A stretch of DNA of 64,000 nt from positions 7,750,001 through 7,814,000 of the forward strand of contig CM119384.1 in the NCBI GenBank assembly GCA_051294905.1, given 5' to 3'. This document shows, piece by piece, positions 1 to 13,497 of the stretch. Both the position numbers and the translations under genes were made by a program. Position 1 is the first letter of the stretch. Every line of letters starts with the position of its first letter. The notes under the pieces were generated by a model, which saw only the letters and a program-made list of their open reading frames with translations, did not search any database and was not told the DNA's origin. This DNA is from Botryllus schlosseri (Eukaryota).

Positions 1-1835
1 CGGGGATGAACTAAGAGAGACTTTCTGTACGGTAGCCTACTTCTATAAGCCCTTTCTACTCGACCAGAATATAATGAAAACAGGCTCTCATTGTGCTAGT
101 AAAACCATGCGGAAAGTGCCAAACTTCAAATTACGGTGCCAGACAGCTTGAAAAAATGTCACAGTCTTACACCCAAATGTGCCAATTGGCAACACTGCTA
201 TCAACGTAACGACAGGCTTTCTTTTGTTCCGTGACGCGCCGCCCGTTTTTACAACCGTTCAAGTCCGCCGAATCACAATACAGGCAATATGTAAATGAAC
301 CAACGTACCGGCTGCGAAATGTCTTTGGTCACAAGTCACGGCCAACGAACTCTCGCAATGGAGGCGAATCGCTAGATAAATCAAGCGATAAATCAAAGGC
401 CGTGACCCCCGTTTCGCATCTGTTTTTCACATTTCAACCAAAACAAAGATCAATCCGAGTGACCGGACCGTTTGCTTGTTGTTGACCCGTCCTTGCGTCT
501 TCGCCGATACATCGTTCACAAGAACGCGAGCATAGCAAGGTCTTTGTTCGCTCTTGGGAAATCGCTAGACCGTGACAGTATTAAACCCGCTTATAATCGC
601 AGAAATGGGAACGCGAAGAGAATATAATAAGATAGGACTTTCGCTCTTGACCGCTGTGAATTGAGGTCGATTACTTGATTGCGATTCTCCTTTGTAGGAG
701 AAATGTCGGAGCATAGAGCTTGCTAACAAATTTCGTTCTTAATTCCCACATGTGGTCACCTGTCGATATCAGTAACGATGTACTTCAACTTTTCGGAGTA
801 CTCACGTATGTTTTGGCGACTTACACCACATACCCAAGTGGTGTATTTTTAGACTAATTCAACTTCTACTCGAGTAGCTTTTAATGCAGGACTTTTTACA
901 TTTTACGCGTTGGATTTTGAAAAAGAGAAAATAGTTTTGTGGAGAGTTTGCATCACATTTATTACAGCAATTGTCATAAGAACCGAAGAGTCCCAGTATC
1001 ACAGCAACTGAATATATATTCTCGAAGATCGTACCTCATTCCTATACTGTCATTAGTCATTTTGCTTTCGTCGCAAAGATACATCTTGCAATTGCGAAAG
1101 GTCACACACCTCCTCCGATTTACTGCCGAAATTAATGCGGAGCTTTCTTGATTATGCGTCGCGTTCTAAGCGGGCTTTCATTTCGCGGCTTCCCTTTCAC
1201 CAACACATAACAAATCTTGCGGATTCGCGCTTTGATGAATGACTCCGCACATCCGATTAGTATGACACGATAATAACAGGCTTTCTGTTTCCAGTATTAA
1301 CGCAGATCGTTACTATTCTGTGGAAGTTATGGATGTAAACACGGCGGTGAAATCCCGCAGAGTCAGGCGCAAGCCGCGAACCTTAATCGGGAACATCCTT
1401 GATTAGAATGTGGTTTGTGTAAGCCGTATCCGGTAGCTGACGCGTTGTTAAGCTGCTTACGTCGCGCGTGCGTCTGCGCTGCGGGTCGCGCGTTAGCGTC
1501 GCGATTTTTATCGGAAACTCCGTTTTTTGAATAGCCGCTCCACGTCGGATTTCTCCGATACAGTTGGTTTTGAAGAGACGGCATGCAAATGTGTTCGTTG
1601 CGATTAGATCGCAATGTTATTACGAAATTGTCGCGCTGTTTTTCGACATTCCGACCGCACGCCAACGCAACGTTACGTGATAATTCAGACTCCATCTTGA
1701 TCGCTGTTTACGTAAATTAGATGTTATCAACTTTGTATGTGATAATAATCAACGAACTTACGAGGGATCCTACATTTGAGCATCGGCACTTTAGCATGCG
1801 GCAACTAAGCATGTGCCTTTATAACCCCACAACTA

Positions 1836-1908
1836 TCCCTAACGCCGATCCTAACCCCAAAATTTAGCCTTACCCAAACCCTAACCCAACCCTAAACGTA
1901 ACCCTGAC
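1836..1908 (+). repeat. Degenerate CCCTAA (telomere-like) units
   Basis: ccctaacg..cctaacccc..ccttaccc aaaccctaacccaaccctaaacgtaaccctga. Confidence 0.5.
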
Positions 1909-3725
1909 TTTAACTCACGTGATCAAGTGACGTATGCATGCTGCTATTTCATATGCTCGTTGCTCATGTCCACAGACCGTATGTAGCACATAAAAATAAA
2001 TGCCATAATTTTCTGAATGCCTGATGCACAGAGCACAGTTCCTTTATTACTTCGACTTGAGCAGTGAGCACCGATGGAATACGTATTTGGAGTTTTGAGA
2101 ACATTTCTGCACGCCGATTTCGCTTCATCGTTATATTTCGCTTCAAAGACGCGGTCGGGGACCGGTGATTCCAAACTGGTCCCGGTGAGACTAAGCGTGT
2201 TATTTTGGAGCGATATAATCTCGTGTCCGTTAATTTTGCCGATCTGCCGTTGCGATATTCCTATATTTTCGAAGGCGGGTTCATCTAGTTTATATCAAGC
2301 TTTGTCTTCCGAACGATACACTGTCTAAGCGTGTTGACATCATCCCATCGCTCCGAACCGCAGTACCGGAGGCTACACAACAAGGAATTGTTTTTCTTGA
2401 CGTATGGCAAGGAAATTTTCATTCTTGAACTTCGCTAGGTCAAGCCCAAACAGCGCGTGGAAAGCCCGCCGATTTTTCACGCTCGCTCGTAAACCCGTAT
2501 TAAAAGTGACGGCTTGTAATTTTGGATCTGTAGTAGGCTACATGGTAGGCGTGTCATTCGAGGCTAAAAACACGATGGCGTTGGACTTGGCCGGTTCGCG
2601 TGAACTGAACCGGTGGGTCACGCCGCTCTTTGTGCATAAGCTACGCCGGTATCGATCGGTATTGGTCGCAGTCTCGAAGCTGCTGACCTACTGCAAGGCG
2701 GCCTAGCGTCTGGCGCGTTCAAAAACGATGATTGTAGCGAAATTAGGCACCAAATCCGTTTCGGAAGATGTCGGCACACCGGCTTCGTGTCGCAGCAGCG
2801 TCAATATTTACGAAGCCGTCTCGACCGAGAGCACCGGTCAAGATCGTTTGCGTTAACACCTAGTTTGCCTGCGTCAGCGTTCGTGGGATTATTGTTCGCC
2901 AGGCAGCGAGGAGTTCTTATGACTCAAAGCGGTGACGAATCGGAGTTATGGTTCCGGTGTGACGTCATAATAACGAGGCGTCGAGATGATTACGATGTCG
3001 TTCGCTGTAAGCCAAAGCCGGTGATCGGCACTTGATGGTACGAAATTAGGCTTATCCACGGCCATGGCCTTCGGTGAATGGGCCGAACAGATCCATATGC
3101 ATCAGAGAGAAACGAATTTTGCATTTTTAACTCGGAAATATCTTGTCCGGATTTGAGATTCACCTGCGACTCCATGTCAAAATCTTCATTTTTTTCGAAG
3201 CCAGATACCGGCTCCTCTCTGATATGTTTATCGCGCGGTGTTATGTTCCGGCTCCGTGCACCACCCACATAACCCTTGTTTTTCCGCGTAAATCAAGCTT
3301 ACTTTCGATTCACTTGTTTGCTTCCGGTGGCTTTTTGCAATAGTGTACCGAAAGCATTTCGACACGGCCTTCTAAACTCAAAGTTTAGTGTGCGATGTCA
3401 TCGCGTTTTGCCTTTGGTATCGAGATCTATCCAGCTAAAATCTTGTTTTTCCGCGCCGAAGCATTCCAGCGATTCCGAGTATGCGGTTCCGTAATCATGA
3501 TTGATTTTATCTGGCCGATGTTTTCGCCAGGCTCTCGATACGCGCATAGGCACGTCTCCGCCGATTGGACTTGTCGAACGCGGCTTGAAATGACAATGTT
3601 AGGAATTCCGCAAATGGTTTGTTCGAGTGACTCTGTTGAAGTTCCTATTCGCGTGTTAAGGCGTCGGGGCCTGTTTAGTGTGCTTAAGTGGCGCAGTTTG
3701 ATCACCGAAAAAGTGACCTATAAGC

Positions 3726-3745
3726 GGGGGGGGGGGGGGGGGGGG
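3726..3745 (+). repeat. Poly-G run (20 nt)
   Basis: Direct reading. Confidence 0.9.
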
Positions 3746-6324
3746 TGTTCACTGTTCAGTAACTAAGTGCTTAGCCGCCGTAAAATATTAATTTGGTTCA
3801 AAAATTTGCTTATGTTCATTGTTCATTCATAAGTGATCATTTTCAAATCGCGATGGTAATACGCTAACACCGCTGGTCCGCTGCTATGATTAGCTCACAC
3901 TCCCAATAAGGTTATCGATATAGAAAATGTAAGTATTTAGGACAAGGATGTGATTAACATCCTTATACTCAATTACCCCTTGCTTGATATATTGAAAGAA
4001 AAACTGCCATAAGGCTGCTTTTTATCTGACCCCTGATTCACGCTGCCGCGGTGGGAGAAGGTACAGCCCCCTCGTTGATGAAACATGCAAGTCTTGCGCC
4101 ATACGAGTTAGTCACCTGACCGCATTTCGAGATATCCTGACTTGAAGCTTTGGAAATTCCCGTCGCCCGCGTGATTCATTAATCCGCCGTCCCGTTATGA
4201 CGTCATATTGATCGGAGGCTACTCCCTCTTATGCGAAATTGCTTACCGCTGCGATGAATTGGGATGGAGTAACTCGATTGTTTTCTCGATTTAAACCGTT
4301 TTTTGCATGTTTTAACGTGGGGTAAACCGCATGGCAGCACTAAAGACATCGTGTAATGTTTGAACTTGTTTCTTGAAAGAATGATCTAGATGTACTATGC
4401 ATTTTTTTGATGGTTTCTAACTTTCCATTTCCAATATCTACATTGTCTGGCGATTTTGTTCAGTTCCGTCGCTTGCAATAGAGATGATCGCCGCGACAAA
4501 CTCGCTCCCAGACCTTCTGATTTTGTTGTTGTAAATCGCGTTCGGTCATTACAGTAATACACTGTCAGATCGGTTCCTTTGTACTGGAATTTGAATGAGT
4601 CACGGATTGCCTATTATCGTTTTGTTTGCTCGGGCGGTTGAAACGTTCACCAGTGCGGCAACGGGCTGGCGAAAATTTTAAATTCGATGTTAGCGAAAAT
4701 TTAATTGTGCCCGTGCCAGGCACCGGGCTCGTAGCTGGGGTACGCGCGCGAAAATCGCAATTTCGCAACTTGACAGTTCGACATTTGCGCAGTACCAGTC
4801 TTGGGATTGCAGGTTTCGATGCATTAGTGGCAGTCAAATGCCGGCCCGCTTCCAATTTCCTACCGGTCCGTTAAATATATTTTAATTGTATATCACAATT
4901 GCAAAATGCAATGAGTTGAAGGCTTGTCCGTCAATCAGATAAGATTCTAAACTTATTTATAGCGTACTTTGCGGCACTGTGATGTAATATAGACTTCTTT
5001 GTCCACGTAGAGGAGTTCTTACTGGTTGACAGTGGCTATTCGTCTGGATCCACATGGATTTGATAAAATCATTCGTTTACCGTTATTACGTAACACATTG
5101 CAAAAGCCTTTGGTGAAATGACCCAGGGGTTGAGGGCTTGGGGTATGTTAGTGCATCTATACTTCGATGTCACATGCATCCATGAAAATCTACTAGAATT
5201 AAATTTCTGATATACACAGACTGTGTAACAGTTACAAAATTTTGTTTTGAAATTTTACCTCCCAACAAACTAGAGAGAGCTAATGTTATATAGTGACGTC
5301 ACGTTTAATTTGATCTCGAGTCGTTTCGCAAAGTCTGATGCCGTTGGCGCGCGCCTTTTGGAGCGACTATCTGTTGTCGCCTATTAGTGAATCACTGTAA
5401 TGTCAGGATCGCAATGGCTTTGAAGGCTGTTTCGCGGAATTGTTATCTCTGATATGTATCGTTTTCATTCCGTGACTCACGACGTTTGACGTGGCGATGT
5501 CCCAAGGTACGCCTTGCGAACTAACAAAAGTTATAAATACGTACTATATTCGGCCTCCGAAAAGGACATATTATTACCGAACGAACTGAGAGATACTGTG
5601 AACTTATGCAGTTGCTATGTTGTCTATGATCGTCACCCAAAATTCGTTCGATTTAATATGCCATAATAAGATGTTGATCATAACTACGAAAAACCTACTA
5701 ATCATCATCACTTTCGTCAATCATCACTCATCAGTACGGACGATATCAGTGGAATATGTCGGTGAATTTTGTATAATCAGCATGCACGAGACACAACAAA
5801 AAGTATTGGGAATATGTTTTGGGGGCATTACGTAACAGAAACTGTTATTTGAAAAGTCTGTCATTCCTTAGCGCTGCTCTGATCAGCCTTGATGCGAACC
5901 AATTGCTTTTTTCACCCAGGGATATCTAAAACTATCCCGGTTTTACCATAGCGTTGTCTGTAAAGCGACGGCACAGCACTGGCAGTTATCGCCGACCAAT
6001 CGCGCTGCTCGCAGGCGGTGACGTAAGTTGTTTTGATCCCCGAGCGTATCGGAAGAAGCTGAAAGCGAATATTTACCCGTGCTGATAATGTATTGAGTCA
6101 TGTACAAGCGACGGATTCGACCGAGATCAATTATGTATTATTGTCTGCCATTTTGTAGCGGGAATCCGCGCGATTTTTCTTCCCACCCGGCAGGGAATTT
6201 CGGCAATTTGCGCTCAGCCCACGCGATTGTTATTTTCTGCATGAGTTTCGGCAGGCTTCCTGATATTTTCTCAGCGTTGTGCATCTTGAAATATCCGGAA
6301 ATTATTGATCCGAATCGAGTACGG

Positions 6325-6480
6325 AAGTAGCCGACAGTGTATGTTGTGAATCTGGTTTGGCATTTCAACATCAGGGATACGGGTTCAAACCGGGTTAGAC
6401 CACCAAGTACTTGTGGTATGCGGGGCTGTCCTGCTGATCGCTGACCAGTGCGCGGAGCAGGATGGTTGTCATATAACATG
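6325..6480 (+). mobile_element. Degenerate tRNA-derived SINE
   Basis: B-box GGTTCAAACC followed by GGGTTAGACC..TGGTAT, similar to the 33720 element. Confidence 0.35.
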
Positions 6481-6639
6481 CAAATATACGACGGATCTCA
6501 GTAGCGCAATAACAACGCCTGTAACACTTGAAGCGCCATTGTAACTACCAATGAGCAAACGAGGGCTACTTGAGCCAGGCGGTAAAGTGGCTGTCTTGCT
6601 CCTGTGGCGTTTCGGCCATCTTCGCTGCTCATCTTACAG

Positions 6640-6960
6640 CTTTGTGATAGGTGTCTGTTTATTCAGTCGGACATTTGATGCTATTTTGTCGAGTGAAGGA
6701 TTCGCAACATTTATGCGCGGGTCACACCCACTTTGTCGTGCAGCCGTTGGTTCCAAGTCGTTAACATCGAGTATCAATATCGCGTACCGGCGTATATTAT
6801 TTAGTTTAAACATTCCTATCAGGGTACAGAACTTGAGATTTACAGAAAAAATTGCTCATGTTGATAATAAATATAGGAAAAGCTACTCGACTGACTCTCA
6901 TCATTAGCGAACTTCACCATCACCAATACGGTGGATCAGATTCAAAATTTATGGAACACC
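6640..6960 (+). pseudogene. Decayed non-LTR (L2/CR1-like) reverse-transcriptase remnant
   Basis: Broken motifs in RT order: LFSRTFDAI (cf. LDLSAAFDTV), ILFSLNIP (cf. LLFSLY), HHQY plus frameshifted DD-like segment. Similar shorter remnant at about 5630-5760 (SFDLICHNKML, CAGTACGGACGATATC). Confidence 0.35.
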
Positions 6961-7010
6961 TTGCCATACTCTCTACTAGGTGTTGGTTTTGGTATTATGA
7001 AGTCAAAAAG

Positions 7011-7400
7011 TATATTCATATTGAAATGAACCCGAATATTTTCGGCTGACACTCGTCAGGGGTAATCGTCAGCAACTAGTAGAGAATTGGAAATAACATT
7101 GCACATCATCTGTGTGCATTGGAGTCGACCTTGATCAAAAGACATCAGCCTAAGCTTTGTCTACAAAAGGAGTTCGTGTACCATCGTAAAATAGTACATT
7201 GAACGCGCTCTTATTTGAGATTTCATTTCATGCTGGTGACGTCATATTTTGTGATACGATTGTTGATATACAATAATTTTCCAATTCTCTGTAAGTTGCA
7301 GACGATTACCCCTGGCGAGTGTCAGCCGAAAATATTCGGGTTCATTCCAATATGAATATAACATTCAATTGTATATTGAAGTTCTGTACCTCCAAGAAGC
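7011..7400. repeat. Palindromic dispersed repeat (MITE-like family A), inverted pair
   Basis: Arm CCCGAATATTTTCGGCTGACACTCGTCAGGGGTAATCGTCAGCAACTAGTAGAGAATTGG on + (7011-7100) and inverted (about 7280-7400). Other copies at about 8015-8175, 8726-8890, 14266-14340, 15533-15756, 26620-26770, 31600-31745, 45190-45260. Confidence 0.8.
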
Positions 7401-10400
7401 TTTTTGAAGTCAAAAAGGTAAAAATATTTCCTAGATTTTGTTTAATTTAGTTTATGAACTTATGGAGAAATGCGCGCTTTGCTTACATTTCCTAGTACCT
7501 TTCACAATTTTTCCAATTCTTATTCTAGGCTTGAGTAGTTTTGGCCTGACTTGAAAAGCCCCGACGCTCGTAACTTCAAAAACGTTGTTGATATTCAGCA
7601 ACGTGCCCTCATGACCTGACCGAATCCTGAATTGATCATACTTTCTAAAGGAGACTTACGCAGCGCAATCGATATTCGTCACGCGCGCCTCGTTTGCGAC
7701 GAATACGCGCCGTGTGAGATGTCATCAGCAACTGCAGTCTCAAACTCGGACGCACCGCGTATTGGGATGCGCAAAATCGATTGCTACTCTTCGAGTCGAG
7801 CGTTGGACTATAATTCGAATCTGGGGCTGGGCCCAATGAAGTTTCGATATTATCTTCCGTGGATTGCAATGATTTTTTTTCTTTTCCCAGCCCTAGCTCG
7901 GGCGTAAGAGCGTTCGATTTCGGTGAAAAAGCAATAAAACAGTGTCGGCACGATCTCGCCATTTCGGCCTTGTTCTATATCGCTGTCCGCTTTCCACGCG
8001 CCGGTTTTGTGTAAATTTTGTGATACGATTGTTGATATACAATGTTCTTTCCAATTCTCTACTAGTTGCTGACGATTACCCCTGACGAGTGTCAGCCGAA
8101 AATATTCGGGTTCATTTCAATATGAATATACTATTTAATTGTATATTGAAGTTCTGTACCTCCAAGAAGCTCTTCATTGGTATATAGGTGAAATTTTTCA
8201 GCGGTGACTCACGCGTGCTGGCTTATAGATTCTCACGAAATCGTCAAGATTTTGCCAGGCACCGCCCGCCCACCCACGCTCACGCCCCCGATCGAAAGGT
8301 GAACGAAATGAATGGCTCGGATGTTTTGATCCGTCACCGGGTGACGTAAGCGCGCGGTTTTTCCGGATCCGAATGTGCGACTGGAAGTCCGGACCACGCG
8401 ATACGCTGCGCTGTGACGCAAGATTGTGTTTATCAAAACAGTTGTTCTGTATTGCGCGCTTGCTGTGTTCCGGTTGCCTATTCCTTCTTCCTGTTCTATT
8501 CATGCAAACTTTCTGTTATTGCAACTTCTTAGCGGCCGTGGTATATGTTGTCAAAGAAAGCGTTTTTGGTTACATTAGAACGTCAATATTGCAACAAATG
8601 ACAGTTGTTCATCTTCATATAGTGCCAATTTATTGCCGACTCTCATCAGGAGCGAACGTCAGTGAATGCGGTCAACCAAATTCGAAATATCGAAAGAATG
8701 TTGTTGTGAAGTCATGAAAACAAGGGCTTCTCGGAGGTACAGAACGCCAATATAAAATTACATAGTATATTCACTCAGACTGTAATGAACACGAATATTT
8801 TCGGCTGACACTAATTGCTGACAATTACCCATGACGAGTGTCAGCCGAATATATTCGGGTACATTTCAATATGAATATACTATTCAATAATAAAAACAAG
8901 TACGCAGAGTTGCGAACGGCAGATAACAGCGCTCGGTTACGGTATAAAAGATGCAAATTCGTCTATATATACTTAACAACAAAACAATTGGTTTAACATT
9001 TCGAATTTGGTTGATCGAATTTACTGACGTTTGCTCCTAAAAAAGAATCGAGTGAAATAAATTGGGCAATATAGACATATAGTTTGGTGCAATATTGAAG
9101 TTCCGTCTTTCTAAAGGCCTCTTTGTAAGGAGAACCGGTCGTAAAACAATCAAATTTTGAATGATTCTTTGCGTTGATGTGAAACATGTTGTCGCTGCTC
9201 GAATATATGCAGTAAGTCATTGGAATTGGACTTTTCACGTCCGATTTGCGATACAGAACCTAATAGCCTTCGCAACAACTTCCGTCGAGAGTGGGTGAAC
9301 TTTCCGCGTTCCTCTTATCGAGAGTGGCCGTGAGATATGGTTTTCAGACGAAAAATAATCTAGTCAAAGTACGACTTAACAACGCGAGTTTTAAAAATAT
9401 AAAAATTCAAATCCTCGTAAGAGTAGAAAGATATTTGTCGCAATATCAGCGTATAAAGTTTGAGAGCGAGCAATCAGTAACCGCACTCGCGCCACCAATA
9501 AAGCCGAGTACGGCTTTCCGATACCCCTGCCAGACTTGTCCGAACTAGTTGATAGCCAACCAACTACGGAGTAGTTCTAGTTCTACTGGCGGATTTTGAA
9601 GAGTGAGTGCTATTAGTTCTATTTGCGCATTTAAAAAAACCATCTGTCGCAGAACAACTAGAAACACGTGTCGTCGTTTGGCGTGATTCGGGATACAGGT
9701 GTTCTGTCGTGTGATGTTCGCGCAACAATCGCTAGCTAGGAGTCCTCGCTACTAGCAGTGGCGTAGCCTCCGCTTGCGCGGGGTGTATTTTGGGCGTCGC
9801 ATTTGAAAGTCGTAACACCTTCGTTACGAAAATCCTTATTCTATCTCCAATATCTTTAGCCCAATAAAATGGATGAGTTGCTTCGGAACTGAATCTAATT
9901 AGTTGTGTTTTAGTTTTTTAGTTGCGGCTATACTGAAGGTCGTTGGTTCTAGGTCTTATTCACGTTGTGAGTTTCGAAAAATTTGTAGTTCCAGTTCTAG
10001 TATAAGATGCGGGTTTTGGAAAACCAGTAGTATCTGCAATGTACTGTACGACTCTACGCACAAGACTGTCCGGCGTTATCAACACCTACCCATTTGCTTT
10101 GTCTCTCCTATTATGTAATCCCCGCTCGATTCGGCCTCTGTCCAGTCCATTTGACGGATGAGACGATCGATAGCCCGCAGCGCAGGGGGTCACGCCGGCA
10201 GCGCGAGAAGCAGGCCCCGGTAGCAGCCCGCGTTCGCCGTGATTGATGGGATGAGCTCAATGTTGGGATTGCCCGCGTGTTCCCTTTGTGCGTAACGTGA
10301 ATTTGAACGGAAGTACGCGACTCGCTGACCCGCTAGCGACAAACGCATGTCACCGTGTTTGCTAGCGTACCATAAAGGGTTCTTTCTGGTGTCTCAGGCT

Positions 10401-13210
10401 GTTTACGCTGCTGGAGTTATTGTGCGGCTTCTATTTATAGCGGAAGGTTCGTTTACCTGCGTGCGGATGTTCGGGTGTGACTTGTTTTGCACTTCGGCGA
10501 CCTGGTAACATTCCGGGGCGCGTTTAAACTGCGAATGCGGTTCGTACGCGCGAATCTTTTCAATCGGTTATCTGGCGGAATTGTTGTGTTGCTGGCCGTG
10601 GAGTTATTTATAGCTGTCTGAGACGCTTTTATGTTGACAGAGATATTTCGAGTACACACGTAGCTAAGTATCGAAATCATGTGACCCCGACCAGAAAAGA
10701 TGAGTAGACTTCATTAGTGAAAAAGTTTTTATGCTTTGTTTTTTGAAGAAGACTGTTACATGAAAATCAAAGTAGTGTGATATTATAACCACTTTGGTGC
10801 AAGTAGTGAGAGCCTACTTGAATGCGCCGGAAAAGTAAGGAGTACTTTGTCACTGACCAGTGACCACCTCTGTTGGTTAGTGATGTGTTCTTCGACGTAG
10901 ATGGGTCTGCGGTGGACGCTGTTGCGCGTATCGTTTGTGCTCCTTTGAAACGGCGCGCTATGCCGTTCAAAGTGCGCTCTCTGCCACGCAAACATTGTAA
11001 CCGAGCCCAATAAGCAACCAAACACCGAGAAAAACAACTGCGCCCGCGAATCAGACCCAAGTGACCGGAGCCGTTGTTCGTAAACACTCGCTGTAGCGCG
11101 GATCACGATTTCCGCTGTAGCGATTCGGGAGTTTCCCGGCGACCATTACCTTAGTTGCACGAAGGACTTTGAGATTTTCAGCGTTTCGAAATTCCATTAT
11201 AATTGGGATTTTAGCTACGCAGTTTTTCCTGATTGAATTATAATTATGAGTTTGCAAAAACTTCGAATTTGGTTTAAATTCCGAATAGGAAATTTAGAAT
11301 AGGAATCGGACGTTTTTTGTCCTTGTTTTTTTTTTTTTGCCAAACACACCGGCTCATGAAGCCTAGCAACGCATGATATACCTACACAAGATATGAACAG
11401 ATGCAGCTGGGCAAGGAAGGTGCAGAAATAGCCTTGTAGAGAGACACAACAAAAATACAGTTCAGCTCATACCAAATTAGAGTTCATTATAGTAGGCATA
11501 AAAATGGCTAAGGTATATACGCCAAGCTTGGTTCGTTTTGCACTATACAGTTCCCGTGTAGCATTTTCACGTAAACCGGAAATGGGGTTAGATTAGAATT
11601 AGTCTTTAGTCATTAACATTTCACAAATTATGTTAGAATCAAATTGCCAGCATTTTGGTCTGATTAGTTCGAATTATCTAGTTGTGAAAGTATGACCATT
11701 GCAAGGATAGAGTTTCCTTTTTCACTGTACCGCAAAATGGCAGCATTCTGCGATTCGCTTGCATGCATCGCGGGTGCTCTGCGCGTCGTTGCAAGGCGGT
11801 TTTGATTTCTCCTGCGCACTGTTACGCTCTCTCTCCGGCCGTGTCACGGCCGGAGCGTAAATAGCGCGCCTTTAATGGCAGTGGAATGGCATATCTAGCT
11901 AGGTTGTTTATCTCGGACGAGATAGCTCGGGTATGACTCACGGCTCCGACACATCCGGCCGCTGGCTCGTTGCCTGGCGACGAGCGAAGGGGATGATACT
12001 TCAATGACACGAAAGCCGACGGGGCAGGCATCTGGAATTTCGAGCAGATACGGGAATTCCTTGCGCGATTCTGAGAATAGAAAGTTTTGCAAATAATGAC
12101 GACGGCTCCAATGTGACCCCTTGTGTTGTCATAATGTGCGGGATATGGTGGCTAGCGCGCCTTTTCCAATTAATCGGTGTTATTCTATTAGGAAAATGGC
12201 CGATATTCGTTGATCACAGCAGCTTGCAACGGCGATAATTACTCGACACTGCGATGCAGAGTGAAATTTACAAATCACACATCAAGCCTTTGTACGAACT
12301 GATAGTTATATGAATCTCCAGTCCATTGTCCAGTATGTCTGTCAATCTAATTGCAATATCCCAGCTGACATTTTTTCCTACGCCAAATGCATTGATTCGC
12401 ATATCGTGATAAATAAACTGGTGATTCTGCTGTCAATAGACGGGAGAACTTTTTTCCCAGCTATTTCTATCTGTTTTAATATTACTTACTATCGTTGACG
12501 AAGTCAGCCGTATACGCCACGTTATGACACATAACTGCAAGATAGTTTTCGTATAATTCGGTGATTTCTAGTATTTTGCGGTCAAGGGCCGCAAACCAAC
12601 GCACCGTCGTTATCAGTATTTGCGAGTATTGTGTCTGTGCAAAAGTTGTGTGGCGTACCAAACCGCTTTGGCGATACTTGACGTAGTTGTTGTGTTTGCC
12701 AGCTGCTCGATAGCGCAGTAATTTCTGTACATCACGAGATGACGTGTCGGTTATCTTTGCAATGCCAAATTGGCAGAGCAGCGATCTGTGATTGCGATGT
12801 TATTCGTTGGTAATCATAATAATGCGCTGACGATGAATTTGAATCGCGTTTGTTGCATAAATACTTACGAAACTTGAGGAGTTGTTGAGAGTAAACCGGT
12901 TAACAATTCAATTCCGGGAACAGCGCCGTCTCGACACTCCCGGTTTCAACGTAAATTGACAGGCAGGGTCCACGCGAGCCGGCCGTGCTCTATACGTGGT
13001 TGCGCCACACACGCTTATGGGATGAGACCGGTCTGATGTATTGTTGAATCCGTATTTGTAGGTGTAGTTATCCGCCAATAACTTTTTTTTAATTTACTTA
13101 AATTTCGTAGGAGTAGAAATGGCTTTGTAAATTTCTACTCGATCTCCAAGCGAGTAAAAAATCATAATTCTAAGCCTAGTTTTGCTTATAAAACTGATAA
13201 CTGTTTAGCA

Positions 13211-13497
13211 CAGCGGTCCACCACGTGGGTGATATCTATTTTAAGGTAAAAGGAGGCGAAAATGAACGTCTAGTATATAGCCGCGAAGACGGCTTATTCT
13301 GCGTATGACGCGATAGTTGACTAAAAAAAAGTCAACTCAACGGAAAGTAGACGCAGAAACCGTTTTCTTTTTCGGTCATTTCACCAGCGATCAGAGTTGG
13401 GTGAATCATTTTCCCGTTTATGTGACCTCTCTGTCGGATCCGTAAATATGGGGGGTCGAAAATTTATGTCGAGCTTGATAAGGGTTGGGAGACGCTG
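13211..13497. mobile_element. Charlie-like MITE
   Basis: Ends CAGCGGTCCACC / GGTTGGGAGACGCTG; TSD GTTTAGCA vs GTTTAGAG (6/8). Confidence 0.55.

Noticed and set aside
2404-2706. Minus-frame GVTHRFSS..SN resembling an LTR integrase core
   Set aside because: No upstream SDNG-type motif or downstream catalytic Glu; stops nearby; likely chance.
1836-3745. Telomere-like CCCTAA units and a 20-nt G run as functional telomere/G4 features
   Set aside because: Short, degenerate and common in repeat debris; homopolymer length may be an assembly artefact.
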